A DNA stretch of 64,000 nt from Candidatus Pacearchaeota archaeon (GTDB lineage Archaea; Nanobdellota; Nanobdellia; Pacearchaeales; GW2011-AR1). Numbering within the stretch: the first letter of the stretch is position 1; each line of letters starts with the position of its first letter. Location: the NCBI GenBank assembly GCA_050124795.1, contig JASFEO010000002.1:36754-100753 (forward strand), read 5' to 3'. The notes beneath the pieces were generated by a model that was given only the letters and a program-made list of their open reading frames with translations, was not told where the DNA came from and made no database searches. A program made the translations under genes and the position numbers. This document shows positions 28,832 through 39,465 of the stretch, in pieces.

Positions 28832-30889
28832 TTAAAACGCCCGAACTTCGATACTGCAAACATTCGACGGCTGAGGAGAATTTCCATAATTGTCTTTGCA
28901 TTTAATATAAAGATTTGTCTTTGTATTCCAGTCTGTAAAATGTTCAAGCCCTTCAGAAGTTGCCATTGTTGTTCCGTCGTCAAACAAATAACCGCAGTCA
29001 GTAGTGTCATAAACACATTCTGCTTCTTCATTAGTAATTATTTTTAAATACGGCTCATCATGATATGCTCTCACAATCAAAGGCGCATCATTATCTGACT
29101 CAACAATAAAATTAATTTCCTTTGTTTCTGAATTTCCTCCGAGGTCAATACACTTTATAAAATATTTATAATCCCCTGCTGACAGCCACAATTCCTGTGA
29201 GTGCTCATAAGAAATTGTATTATAAAACATTACATAATTCTCTTCATCATCAGAACTGTAAAAACATGTTGACTCTCCTTCCTTATACCCTGCAGAAGTC
29301 TTTGCCCTTAATGTCACCTTCACTGCCTCGCTTGAATCTTTTATTGTTTCATTATCTGGTTCAACCTCGTCAATCACTAAAGGCTGTGTCCCAAGTAATA
29401 TAAATTTGTAAGATTCTGTATTCACATTTCTATCGCTTGTTTCAAGTGGCTGATCCTTGCATCTAAAATAAAATTCATTTTCAAAATTATTTTTTAATCC
29501 TGTCAAAGTTGTCGAGCACGGATAAAGTGACTGCGAATTCATTTCTTGTACACTGCTTGAGCAGCTCATTTCATTTTCCATGTCATCATAACCTTGGTCT
29601 AAATGACTCCACTTGCATTCAGCAGGCTCATTAATATAGACTTCCAAATCAACTGAACTCTGATTATAACTAATTGGCATGCCGTTTATTAAACTTGTTC
29701 CGACGATTAAAGGCGGGGTTGTGTCAGGACCCTCTTCAACACAGAACTTAAAAACAAAATTCGCAATATTTACATTCCCGTTTGCATCCTGGCATCTTGT
29801 ATATAATTCAAACTGGCCGTTATTATTCAAAGTAATATTTTCATCTTCAAGATTGTCAGGCCCCGGAAGGCTCATTGCCTGAGTATGATTATACTTCAAT
29901 AAAGAATCATCTCCAAAATAATATTCCATCTCATCAAACGAGTCCTTTCTTAAATAATCTATCTTGCATTTTGCAGGTTCATCAACAGTTATCCCGAATG
30001 TAAAAGGAGTAAATGCTTTTGCGCATCCCTCATCAGAATTCTGGTTTATAATTTTCACTCCTCTGTCTGGCGGAGAAATCGCATTATCAGGAGTATATTT
30101 ATATCCGTCGAAAAGAACATCTGAATTTGGTCCTATAATTGGCGGGCCAACATCTTTTGGATTAACCCATATGCATTTTTCCTGTGTTGTTCCCGGATTT
30201 ATTAATTCACATGCCTGCCCCAAACTTCTGCACTGATATTCTGAACAAGGCAAACTTTGCTCATTGCACTTTTCACAACTGCTCCCCCCTGTTGCAGCAT
30301 CCCAAGGGTTACAATCATATGTAATAATTTTTTTCTTAATCTTTGAATAACTTAAAACATAAATAATAATTGCTACAGCAATTCCAATCCCAAGCGCCCA
30401 TCCAGTGCTTAATCCAAGATTCCAGATTCCATTCGGACCAAATAAAGTATATGCTCCTTTTCCAACAAAATATCCCCATGAGGCAGCTGTAGACGCAGCA
30501 CTAACAACATTTGAATCAAGACCAAGAAATCCTCCGATTAATTGAACAATTCCATAAACCAAGACCGCGCGGTATGCTCCCTGAAGTATCCCTGATGCAG
30601 AATATCCCCAACCAGTTTGGGTTGTTCCTGGCCCAAAAAAATGTTCCCATGCTACTCCCGCATAACCATGTGTTGGAGTCCCACTTGAAGAAATCCCTTT
30701 TAAAATTTCATCATATCTTGCTTTTTCTTTAGGAGTTAAAGAAGAATAATCTTTTCTCGCTGCAGTTAGGGTTTCCTCGTTAATCGCACTAACAGATTTC
30801 ACTTCACTTCCCACAATATAAGAAATACTAATTATATTAACAACTAAAATAACTATCTGTAAAAATGATAATGCTCCTCTTTTATGCAT
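28832..30889 (-). CDS. Large Cys-rich secreted/membrane protein with KRG/A N-terminus
   Basis: MHKRG/ALSFLQIVILVV; Gly-rich TM region; repeated Ig-like units ending RC-x-D. Confidence 0.75.
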   Translation of the reverse strand: MHKRGALSFLQIVILVVNIISISYIVGSEVKSVSAINEETLTAARKDYSSLTPKEKARYDEILKGISSSGTPTHGYAGVAWEHFFGPGTTQTGWGYSASGILQGAYRAVLVYGIVQLIGGFLGLDSNVVSAASTAASWGYFVGKGAYTLFGPNGIWNLGLSTGWALGIGIAVAIIIYVLSYSKIKKKIITYDCNPWDAATGGSSCEKCNEQSLPCSEYQCRSLGQACELINPGTTQEKCIWVNPKDVGPPIIGPNSDVLFDGYKYTPDNAISPPDRGVKIINQNSDEGCAKAFTPFTFGITVDEPAKCKIDYLRKDSFDEMEYYFGDDSLLKYNHTQAMSLPGPDNLEDENITLNNNGQFELYTRCQDANGNVNIANFVFKFCVEEGPDTTPPLIVGTSLINGMPISYNQSSVDLEVYINEPAECKWSHLDQGYDDMENEMSCSSSVQEMNSQSLYPCSTTLTGLKNNFENEFYFRCKDQPLETSDRNVNTESYKFILLGTQPLVIDEVEPDNETIKDSSEAVKVTLRAKTSAGYKEGESTCFYSSDDEENYVMFYNTISYEHSQELWLSAGDYKYFIKCIDLGGNSETKEINFIVESDNDAPLIVRAYHDEPYLKIITNEEAECVYDTTDCGYLFDDGTTMATSEGLEHFTDWNTKTNLYIKCKDNYGNSPQPSNVCSIEVRAF

Positions 30890-30954
30890 AAGAAGAATTA
30901 AGAAATTATGTTTTATAAATATTTCATTTGTCAAAAATTCTTAAAGAATAAAAA

Positions 30955-31308
30955 TTATTGTATAATCGGCTTTGCATTTCCATCTTTATCATAAATAATA
31001 CATTCTTCTTTATCACAAACTTCCCATCCTGCTCCTTTGCCGGTAATAGTCCCTTCGTAATCTTGTTTAGCGCTTTCAAATGCTGCATCTATTTCTTTCT
31101 TTCCCATATGTATCTTAAGCTCGTTTTCTCGTTGATATCTGCCTGATTGCATAAAAGCAGGAGCATGGTCATAAAAGTCGTTTTCAACCCCCCTTACAAT
31201 TTGCTCAAAACAACCATAACACATACTAACTGTTGGAATAACAACTAATGCTGTTGTATTTCTTATTAGTTTACCTAAGCTTATTTTCATGCTTTTTCTA
31301 AGAATCAT
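30955..31308 (-). CDS. Hypothetical protein (ORFan cassette)
   Basis: 117 aa; flanked by 15-bp direct repeat TGTCAAAAATTCTTA. Confidence 0.6.
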   Translation of the reverse strand: MILRKSMKISLGKLIRNTTALVVIPTVSMCYGCFEQIVRGVENDFYDHAPAFMQSGRYQRENELKIHMGKKEIDAAFESAKQDYEGTITGKGAGWEVCDKEECIIYDKDGNAKPIIQ

Positions 31309-31367
31309 AAGTATTTAAACCTTTCGTTTTTGTTGTTATCCCAAAGGAGTGTCAAAAATTCTTACTT

Positions 31368-32858
31368 TCAATACCCAGGCAAACCCAGATAATTTCTACT
31401 GTCCCCGCAGTCTGTAATTGATGTGCAAATTTGTTTCATCTTTGCTTTCCATGAATCTAACAAGCACTCGCAATTCAAAATGCATTTGCTTCCTCCAACC
31501 ATTTTTTTCCTGATTAAAACAACGCAGGTTGCATCTCCCATTGAACATAAAGAATTCACATCCCCGCTTGATTCCCAAAAATCAACACCCGGAGAATAAA
31601 GCGGCACACATGCCCCCCCGCTTTGTTTTACTAATCCCGGAGTGTCTCCTTGTTTTGGAACCCATCCTGCATCAATCCATTTGCAATCCCTTTTATCTTC
31701 ATCCTCGCAATTTCTCTTATTTTGCTGAGAATAGCATTCCTGCCAGCGGTTCACTCTGCATGCAGCAGTTTTAAACCCATTAACTTCTGACTGAAGACAA
31801 ACTTCCTGGCGATAATCTGCACAAGACTCTATACTGACTTCACCATTATAACAAACTAACCTAAAATTTCTGCTTCCCGGAAGATTATCATCAACCCCCT
31901 TTGCATCAGCGCACCATGTTTCCCCGTGCTTATATTTTTCCCCTTCATAAACACAATCAAGGTCATGGCAAATATTATCTCCATATATCGGTGAGATTGA
32001 AGTCTTTGTCTTGCATGTGCTTCCAAGATAATAATTGCAATTCCCGCAGATTCTCGAATCTGCATTCCCCTCGTCATTATTAAATCCGCAGCTGTCTTCC
32101 TTTCCAACTATTTTTGACCAATAACTCTTATCCCTTATTCTGGTTGCATCATAAATGTTCGCTAAGTTCCCGCAGCTATCTAAAAAGTAAACCTCATCAC
32201 GTCCTTCAACACAAGTTGTTTGTTCAGTTGGCCCGCAATTAGTTCCAAGACTTTCATCAGAACAAAGATAATCTTCATAAAAATCTGCCTCTGTTCCGGA
32301 GCCTTCCAATTCCTTGCATTCCTTTTTTGTTATAAGTAAGCAAGTCTTTTCAAATTCCTTTTCAAAAACACACGCACCCTTGACATCTGAAGTCGCGCTC
32401 TCAATGCATTCAATCTCATTACCAAAATTTGTCTTAAAAAGAATTTCCAATCCATATAATGAAGATAATCTCTTGCATCTTGTCTGCGTTACATACGCGG
32501 CCTGATCTCCAATAAGACAGCAACCTAATTGGCACTGCGGCAAATCTTCTGGCTCTCCTGCTTCCCACACCCCTCCATTATCTTCACAACTTTTCTGAGG
32601 AGTGTTTGGGTCACACGTTCCTTCCTGGCTGTCATAGCATGTTCCCTTTTTGCAATAACTTGTTGCCTCGCATGAGGTAGGCGCTTTTTTAAAATCCTCA
32701 TCACAATTTTCTTCAGGAGCATTCTGGCACCATGCCCCCCCGGAACCATCTGACTCTAAAGAAGTTTTCTCACAACAATAAGAAACTTCAGAATTTGCAA
32801 AACTCATTAATCCGACTAACAAAACCACTAAACTAATTATTAAAAATATTTTTTTCAT
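31368..32858 (-). CDS. Cys-rich secreted protein
   Basis: Signal peptide; many Cys (YCCEKT, CQLGCC, DSCGN). Confidence 0.8.
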   Translation of the reverse strand: MKKIFLIISLVVLLVGLMSFANSEVSYCCEKTSLESDGSGGAWCQNAPEENCDEDFKKAPTSCEATSYCKKGTCYDSQEGTCDPNTPQKSCEDNGGVWEAGEPEDLPQCQLGCCLIGDQAAYVTQTRCKRLSSLYGLEILFKTNFGNEIECIESATSDVKGACVFEKEFEKTCLLITKKECKELEGSGTEADFYEDYLCSDESLGTNCGPTEQTTCVEGRDEVYFLDSCGNLANIYDATRIRDKSYWSKIVGKEDSCGFNNDEGNADSRICGNCNYYLGSTCKTKTSISPIYGDNICHDLDCVYEGEKYKHGETWCADAKGVDDNLPGSRNFRLVCYNGEVSIESCADYRQEVCLQSEVNGFKTAACRVNRWQECYSQQNKRNCEDEDKRDCKWIDAGWVPKQGDTPGLVKQSGGACVPLYSPGVDFWESSGDVNSLCSMGDATCVVLIRKKMVGGSKCILNCECLLDSWKAKMKQICTSITDCGDSRNYLGLPGY

Positions 32859-33223
32859 TTTAATTCTCCATCCAGATTTTCCCGTATCATTTTCTTTTCT
32901 TTAATCTTTTCATAAGCATACCCTATTAATGCTCCAAGAACTATGTAAAACCCTAATATAAATATTACTGCAAGAATCCCTTTCGCACTTGTCCCAAGAT
33001 TTTTCAAAAAACCTATTTTCACAATCGAAGAAGGAAACCCCAGAAGTTGGATATATTTTATCCAAAAACAATTAAAAAAAGTTTCTTTACCGTCAATGCA
33101 TGCAAACCTGTCAAAATTTGGCAAATAATTTACAACAAAAAAATAAACAAGACTAAAAAAAACTCCAATAATCCCGCCGCTAATCCAGCATTCTCCTTTT
33201 TTTACCTTATCATCTTCTTTCAT
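32855..33223 (-). CDS. Hypothetical membrane protein
   Basis: 122 aa, 2 TM, ATGA overlaps on both sides. Confidence 0.6.
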   Translation of the reverse strand: MKEDDKVKKGECWISGGIIGVFFSLVYFFVVNYLPNFDRFACIDGKETFFNCFWIKYIQLLGFPSSIVKIGFLKNLGTSAKGILAVIFILGFYIVLGALIGYAYEKIKEKKMIRENLDGELK

Positions 33224-33996
33224 AATATCACCACATCTGTTCTATACCCCGGAGGCCATGCAACACTTCTGGAAGCAAACTGAAACTTCTCATCTGTATT
33301 CCTGTCAGTCAAAACATAAATCGTTGTCCCGTCAGTTTGCTTTTGCTTTTCAACCTTGACATCATGATAATAATTCATATACAATGTGGTCTCTGAATCC
33401 CCATACTCTGCTTCCCACGATAAAATGCTATTTGCAATGCTTAATAATTCATAAAGATTTTTATCAAAAGAAATTTTAAAAGATTCATAATTCTCAGTTG
33501 ATTCTCTCTCAAGAGTTAAAGTATTATTAAAAATTACAGAAACTTCCCCCGGCGTAATCTCAACTCCCATCTCTGCCCTCTTCAAATTAACAGAATATCT
33601 CTTTCTTTCATAACTTTCAACAAGGGAATCAAAACATTCATCTGCAGTCTCTTCAATATACTTTTTAATCTCTGTTTCAATGTGCCTCTTCAACAAAGGC
33701 TCCTGCATCACGCATGTTAAATAATATTCATTTGTATAACAAAGATATCCGATTTTCTCATCATTCTTCAAAAAATAAAATTTAGGTTTAATATATCCTC
33801 CATGAATTGATAATTCCGCAATTGAATCTTCAACTTCATCCTCAATGCAATTCCTGATAAATGCTGAAGGAGTTTTTGCCTCTGTTTCAAAATTTGTCTT
33901 TATATCCGGATAAAACATATAAATTAAAATTCCCAAAACCACAATTATAATCCCAACAATTATAAAAATAGTCACTTGCCCCTTTTTATTTTCCAT
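33220..33996 (-). CDS. Class III signal-peptide (pilin-like) protein
   Basis: MENKKG/QVTIFIIVGIIIVVL. Confidence 0.8.
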   Translation of the reverse strand: MENKKGQVTIFIIVGIIIVVLGILIYMFYPDIKTNFETEAKTPSAFIRNCIEDEVEDSIAELSIHGGYIKPKFYFLKNDEKIGYLCYTNEYYLTCVMQEPLLKRHIETEIKKYIEETADECFDSLVESYERKRYSVNLKRAEMGVEITPGEVSVIFNNTLTLERESTENYESFKISFDKNLYELLSIANSILSWEAEYGDSETTLYMNYYHDVKVEKQKQTDGTTIYVLTDRNTDEKFQFASRSVAWPPGYRTDVVIL

Positions 33997-34041
33997 ATAA
34001 AAATCATGGAAAAGATGTTTATAAATTTTCCTTCAATGAAA

Positions 34042-34458
34042 TTAATCTTGCCAGGCATCAACTAAATTATTCAAATAAATCTTTTCGTTCTCAGGAAGTT
34101 TTCCTTTGCTAAATAAGCCAAGCAAATTATCCAGTCTTTTCGCAGTATGAAAAATTAAATCAATATCATTTCCCTCCGACTTCATTAACAACGGAATCAG
34201 ATAGTCTGCTTTATTTAATCCCTCAACTGTTTTAGAATCAAAACTAAATTTTCTATTTTTCATATCCTCTCTTAATTTTCCAATTCCATGAATCATACTT
34301 CCGAGATATTCTTCTCGAACAATATTAATATTTCTTTTATGTGTCTGAGTAATTGAAACTCCTGCCAAATCAGAAATAACTGCATTACTCACTATGCTCA
34401 ATGAAGCCCATAATCTATTTGGGATTTCTCCTTTCTTTGTATAATCAATTTCTTCCAT
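34042..34458 (-). CDS. Hypothetical protein (ORFan)
   Basis: 138 aa, starts 3 nt after PCNA stop. Confidence 0.55.
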   Translation of the reverse strand: MEEIDYTKKGEIPNRLWASLSIVSNAVISDLAGVSITQTHKRNINIVREEYLGSMIHGIGKLREDMKNRKFSFDSKTVEGLNKADYLIPLLMKSEGNDIDLIFHTAKRLDNLLGLFSKGKLPENEKIYLNNLVDAWQD

Positions 34459-34461
34459 TTT

Positions 34462-35187
34462 TTAGTCTTCAGTTTCAACCCTCGGAGCCAAAATAAAATT
34501 TAATTCCATGTGTTCTGCTTTCACATCCATTTTTAACGGATGATCTTCAGCAAAATTTAAAATTGTTTTATCTGTGAGTTTTGAAGCCTTGATAAATTTT
34601 GACAAATATTCTAAACTATATCTTGACTTGCAGTCTTCAGCTTTTATTTCTGCTTCATCACTTGAAAACTCTGACCTTGCTGAATTTAATCCCTTTGCTT
34701 CAATTATAAATTTCCCCTCATTAATCATAAATGCGCAGGCATCAGCAACAACAGAAGCATCCTCAATCGAAGCAATCAAATCAACAGAATTTAAATTCAC
34801 CCTCGAAGAAAATTCCAAATTTGGCATTTCCTTGTCCTCACTTTCAACTTCAACTAAATTAAGACTAAAATTTCTTCTTATCCTGTCTTCAATTAAAATA
34901 TTCAATTGATTTTCTTTTTTTTCTATTGTTAAAGAACTTCTTACCCCTGCTCTCTTTAGAATTTTTTTTAAACTATCCAAATTAACTCCCAAAACTTCGC
35001 TGTCTGTTTCAAATTGAATAAAAGCAGATTTCGGCAGCTTAAAACCAACCATCGCAACATTTGCCGGATCAATTGCAGTTATACTCATTCCAAATTCATT
35101 AACCTTTAACCTAACTTCCGTAACAAGTTCATTAATCAAATCAATTGCTTTTGAAAGAACCTGCGGCTTATCCAATTTAATTAACAT
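34462..35187 (-). CDS. pcn: DNA sliding clamp PCNA
   Basis: AIDPANVAMV, YSLEYL, FILAPRVE. Confidence 0.95.
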   Translation of the reverse strand: MLIKLDKPQVLSKAIDLINELVTEVRLKVNEFGMSITAIDPANVAMVGFKLPKSAFIQFETDSEVLGVNLDSLKKILKRAGVRSSLTIEKKENQLNILIEDRIRRNFSLNLVEVESEDKEMPNLEFSSRVNLNSVDLIASIEDASVVADACAFMINEGKFIIEAKGLNSARSEFSSDEAEIKAEDCKSRYSLEYLSKFIKASKLTDKTILNFAEDHPLKMDVKAEHMELNFILAPRVETED

Positions 35188-35327
35188 ATTTAGAATAAAA
35201 TAATTTCTCTTTTAAATATTATTGTGTTGATATGCATTCAAAATCCCTCAATAACTTTATAAATAGAAATTTCTTCAAAATTAAATCCGTTTAGGAAAGA
35301 AGATTAAAAACTTCTGGATAATTTCAA

Positions 35328-36095
35328 ATGTCTAAAGTAATTGTAATAACATCCGGAAAAGGAGGAGTTGGAAAGACAACAACTGCAATAAATTTAGGCG
35401 CTGCTATGAATTATTTTGGCAAAGATGTATTGGTTGTCGACGGAAATTTGTCAACTCCCAACATTGGAATACATTTAAATTCACCTGAAGTGCCGGTAAG
35501 TTTAAACCATGTGTTGTCAAAAAAAGCAGACATTAACGAGGCTGTTTATGAACATTATTCAGGAATGAAAATTATCCCCTCTTCATTATCAATAAAAGAA
35601 TTAAAGAAAATCAGGCCCCAAAAATTAAAAGATTTTAAAGAAGATTTTGGAAAAATTTCTGACTATATAATTATTGACAGCGCCGCGGGATTAGGTGAAG
35701 AAGCAACAAGCGCAATTGAAGCAGCAGATGAATTAATTTTAGTTACAAACCCTGAAATACCTGCAATAACTGATGCATTAAAAACTGTGAAATTAGCTGA
35801 AACAATGAACAAGCCTGTAAAAGGAATAATAATCACCCGTGTAAGAAAAGATGAAATTGAAATGCAGCCCGACGCTGTCAAAGAAATGCTTGAGGCACAA
35901 ATTTTAGGAATGATTCCTGAGGACATGACAATAAAAAAATCACTTAACTTAAAAGATGCAGTTGTTCACATTTACCCAAAAAGCAAATCCGCACGTGCTT
36001 ACAAAGAAATCGCAGCAAAAATCCTTGATGTAAATTATGACTCAGACATAGACAAGCCAAATTTTTGGTTTAGAATTTTTTCAAGAGATTATTAA
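35328..36095 (+). CDS. minD: MinD/ParA-family ATPase
   Basis: SGKGGVGKTT, IIDSAAGLG, VTNPE. Confidence 0.9.
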   Translation: MSKVIVITSGKGGVGKTTTAINLGAAMNYFGKDVLVVDGNLSTPNIGIHLNSPEVPVSLNHVLSKKADINEAVYEHYSGMKIIPSSLSIKELKKIRPQKLKDFKEDFGKISDYIIIDSAAGLGEEATSAIEAADELILVTNPEIPAITDALKTVKLAETMNKPVKGIIITRVRKDEIEMQPDAVKEMLEAQILGMIPEDMTIKKSLNLKDAVVHIYPKSKSARAYKEIAAKILDVNYDSDIDKPNFWFRIFSRDY

Positions 36096-36165
36096 TCATA
36101 TACTTTATTATATATAATTGAATATATATTTTACATTATATATGTTGTAAAATATATTTTAGAAT

Positions 36166-36567
36166 TCAATTTAAAATTCTTTCCACATAACCATGCAATA
36201 TTCCGCAAGCAAATTTTTTATCAATTAATCCTCTAAAAATCTTTTGTTCATAAGTTTTATCAACCCATCTGATTTTAATCTGGCCATTCTCCATTTTATA
36301 TTCTCCAATTAACCCCCCTGAAACATTGTATCTATCAGGGTTGAATTGTTCTTGTAAAAATTCCTGAAAACCATGATTGTCAATCTCAAAATCTTCTGTT
36401 GGATGATGAAAGCCAGTTTCTAAATTTCCTCCTTCATAAAATACAATTGTATTTGGATCTACAGGCTGCTCATCAACTGAAAACAAACCTAAAACACCTC
36501 TTCCATTAAAACTCTTTGTTATCCTTGTTAAATTTTTTCCGTCAAATAAATAAAATTTCATAATCAA
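36166..36567 (-). CDS. Hypothetical protein
   Basis: 133-aa ORF. Confidence 0.55.
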   Translation of the reverse strand: MIMKFYLFDGKNLTRITKSFNGRGVLGLFSVDEQPVDPNTIVFYEGGNLETGFHHPTEDFEIDNHGFQEFLQEQFNPDRYNVSGGLIGEYKMENGQIKIRWVDKTYEQKIFRGLIDKKFACGILHGYVERILN

Positions 36568-36611
36568 ACTTAGTTTTGATTCTTTAAAAATATTATTGTA
36601 ATAAAATTAAA

Positions 36612-36902
36612 TTATATTAAATAAAGTTTTCTTAAAATTTCTTCAATTGTATTTTTATATTCTCCTTCATCTTTGAAGTCTGCGCGTTTTTTTGTCCAGT
36701 CAATAATTGCATAATTTTTTCCGTCAGAATGAAGTTTTATATAACACCGAAATGCATCCTTATCTAAAACTTTCCTGAATATTTCAACTCCATATATTTT
36801 TCTGATTGCTTTTCCAACTTTGCTGACAGGGTAAGTATCAAAATTTCTAAGGGGGTCAAAAAATCCGTCAGTTGAATTGCTCATAATAAATTCCTTAAAC
36901 AC
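36612..36902 (-). CDS. Hypothetical protein, probable paralog of 39956-40210
   Basis: IRKIYGVE...YAIIDW..ADF..Y pattern. Confidence 0.55.
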   Translation of the reverse strand: MFKEFIMSNSTDGFFDPLRNFDTYPVSKVGKAIRKIYGVEIFRKVLDKDAFRCYIKLHSDGKNYAIIDWTKKRADFKDEGEYKNTIEEILRKLYLI

Positions 36903-36928
36903 GATTATAAAAAGATTATTGTGATAGA

Positions 36929-37774
36929 TTATTTATTTCTAAATTCCTTTAAAAAATGCTTCCTCATTTCCTCTGCTAAATTTTTGTCTTTATTCATTGT
37001 AACGCGAATTATTGATTTTTCTTCTAAGACTTCTCTTAACAAATTAAAAACATCTTTTTTCTTAAGATACTTCTTCATTTTCTCCTTTAAATTTTCAGGA
37101 ATAAAAATCTGAATAAAGTAATCCCCGAATACAATTGAATCATTTGAAACTGTTTGCTTTACTGTTTTATGATTCACCCCGATTAATGAATAAAATTTTG
37201 CAAGCTGTTCTTCAATCCATGAGCTCCCGCAATTAATAAAATAAAATTTATGATTTCTTTTCCCCAGTTTTTTAAAATAATTATATTCTGCCCTCAAATA
37301 AAAAATCGGCTTCCACTCATTCGCAGTTTTGTAGCACACAACATCATCCTTAGTTTTTATTAATTCATTTTTTATAAAATAATATAGGTATTTCTCAGCG
37401 TCGAAAATTGTTTCAAAAGTCAGCACAATAAAATCTTCTCCCTTATTTGATTTGTGAACCCCGGACAAAGTCTTTACTTTTTCTTTTGCATAATAATTTG
37501 TTTCAACTATGTCAGTAAAACTCTGCAATTTCTTAACCCATGAAATATTTATTTCATATTTCTTGTCAAATTTTTTCAAAACATTTTTTGAATATAACTC
37601 ATTAACAGCCTTATAAACAGATTGGTAGGTTGCTGAATATCCATATTGCTTTTTTATTCTAAAATAAATCTGTCTTAGTGAAAGCGGCCACTCAAAAGAA
37701 AGAAGAGTAATCACTGCGTCTTTTGTTGTTTTAGGTTTTGCAGAAAGTTCAGGCACAATTAAATCAAATGTCAT
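36929..37774 (-). CDS. Winged-HTH transcriptional regulator-like protein
   Basis: WPLSLRQIY..TYQSVYKAVNEL..KKYEIN N-terminal wHTH. Confidence 0.7.
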   Translation of the reverse strand: MTFDLIVPELSAKPKTTKDAVITLLSFEWPLSLRQIYFRIKKQYGYSATYQSVYKAVNELYSKNVLKKFDKKYEINISWVKKLQSFTDIVETNYYAKEKVKTLSGVHKSNKGEDFIVLTFETIFDAEKYLYYFIKNELIKTKDDVVCYKTANEWKPIFYLRAEYNYFKKLGKRNHKFYFINCGSSWIEEQLAKFYSLIGVNHKTVKQTVSNDSIVFGDYFIQIFIPENLKEKMKKYLKKKDVFNLLREVLEEKSIIRVTMNKDKNLAEEMRKHFLKEFRNK

Positions 37775-37864
37775 GAAGAATTTTAATAAATTTATTTAAT
37801 AAACTTTTTGGTTTAATTTTTTTTAAACCTTAGGTTAATAATAAATTAAGAATTTTAGTTTTGC

Positions 37865-38302
37865 ATGTCAAAAAAAGAGATTAAAAAAAATTTAACAACT
37901 CTCACAAAAACATTTAGAGACATCTTGAAAATTTCAAAAAAATATTCTTATCTTTGGGATAATGATGAAAACTTCAAAGAAAATCAATACAATTATGTGG
38001 ATAAAAATATTTACCTTGCCCGCGGATTTATTGCCGCAGATGAATCTTTTAGTATTTTCATAACAAGGAAAAATAAAAAGTTTGTTTTTGACGGCAGAGG
38101 GTTTTGCAGTAATGAATCAGGATTAAATGCAACTGAAGCTGCAAAAAGAATTCTCATGCGTTTTGATGGATATAACATTACTGAAGAAAAATTAAGAAGA
38201 AGATATTTTGAAGGGTTAAAAGAAATTCTTTCTAGGGACATTGCAAGAAAAGGATTAAAAGAAATTGGTCTGGAAAATGAGGTAATGAAGAATGAAGAAT
38301 AA
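37865..38302 (+). CDS. Hypothetical protein
   Basis: 145-aa ORF, first of a 4-gene run. Confidence 0.55.
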   Translation: MSKKEIKKNLTTLTKTFRDILKISKKYSYLWDNDENFKENQYNYVDKNIYLARGFIAADESFSIFITRKNKKFVFDGRGFCSNESGLNATEAAKRILMRFDGYNITEEKLRRRYFEGLKEILSRDIARKGLKEIGLENEVMKNEE

Positions 38303-38669
38303 GTCTCCAATTAAATTTTCTCCAGAACTTCCGTTAAATGCAATTCTTTTGGAGAGTGTTTTATGTGACGAAAAAAATCCTGAAAAATTAAAATTAATAA
38401 TAGACTCTTATGCAGATAAAAAAGATTCACGCTGGCATCATTTAACAACAATTTCTCAGTCAATAGCATCAAGAGGAGAATTGTATAACTCATGTGATGC
38501 TGTTGCAAGACAAACTTATGTGGGTTATGTCGGAGACAAGTCCTCAGGAAAAATCTGGGGCATTCATCCAACAAATCCGATTGCAAGAGTTTACTCTCTG
38601 GATGAAAAAAGGGGTAGGGAATATTTTGAAGAATTAAAAAGAAGGGGGCTATGGAATGATTCAAATTGA
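38292..38669 (+). CDS. Hypothetical protein
   Basis: 125-aa ORF, overlapping neighbours, GAGG SD. Confidence 0.55.
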   Translation: MKNKSPIKFSPELPLNAILLESVLCDEKNPEKLKLIIDSYADKKDSRWHHLTTISQSIASRGELYNSCDAVARQTYVGYVGDKSSGKIWGIHPTNPIARVYSLDEKRGREYFEELKRRGLWNDSN

Positions 38670-39063
38670 CTCTCAAAATTACTTAGCTTCAATTGTAAGC
38701 AAAAATAAAAAGGAATATTGTTCTGCTCTTGAAAAATCAGGAATTTATAATGCATGCGAGGAAAATCTAAAAGGACTTCTTGAATTATTAGATCCATTTT
38801 TTGATTTGTTAAATAAAACCTTCTGGCTTCACGAACCTGGAAACCTTCATGTTTTTCCAAAAAACCCCTGGGAAGAGGCTCTTTTTCAGGGCCTTTTCCA
38901 GATGAATCTTGTCTCAAATGACAAAACTCATATCTCACTAACTAAAGAAGGCTATGATTTAATCCCTCTTTATAGAAAAAAGAAAAATCTTCCGACTAAA
39001 CAAGAAGAAAGGCAAATGATAATTGATAGGATAATTGCATATTCAGAAAAACTTGGATGGTAA
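38656..39063 (+). CDS. Hypothetical protein
   Basis: 135-aa ORF. Confidence 0.55.
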   Translation: MIQIDSQNYLASIVSKNKKEYCSALEKSGIYNACEENLKGLLELLDPFFDLLNKTFWLHEPGNLHVFPKNPWEEALFQGLFQMNLVSNDKTHISLTKEGYDLIPLYRKKKNLPTKQEERQMIIDRIIAYSEKLGW

Positions 39064-39088
39064 AAAAGATGAAAGGAGGTAAATTAAA

Positions 39089-39436
39089 ATGGATTTATAC
39101 ACATTAGTAGCACAGGATAAAATTGCTCTTGGAAAAGAGATAGAAGAACCTGCCCCGGATAAACTTACTCTGGACATAAAATACCATCTCAAGGAAGATG
39201 AATTTGAAATTAATTCAAACATAAGAGAAGGCGGAAGAAAAGATTTAGTTGAAACTTTTCTAAGAAGCCAAATAGGAAAAGGCAAAGACAAAAGAAAAGC
39301 AAATGAAAGAGATGTTTATAGTATCAGATTGGAATGGTATCCGCAAAACGACGATATAATTGTAAGCAGTGATACTGGAAACAAAGGTTTAAGAGAAGGA
39401 ATTCTTATGCACTATCTTGAAACATTAGATGACTAA
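39089..39436 (+). CDS. Hypothetical protein
   Basis: 115 aa; strong SD AAGGAGGT. Confidence 0.65.
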   Translation: MDLYTLVAQDKIALGKEIEEPAPDKLTLDIKYHLKEDEFEINSNIREGGRKDLVETFLRSQIGKGKDKRKANERDVYSIRLEWYPQNDDIIVSSDTGNKGLREGILMHYLETLDD

Positions 39437-39465
39437 AACCAATAAAATTATTTTATTATTTTTTA

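Noticed and set aside
36124-36157. 12-bp inverted repeat between minD and the convergent ORF
   Set aside because: Almost all A/T in a low-complexity spacer; at most a terminator.
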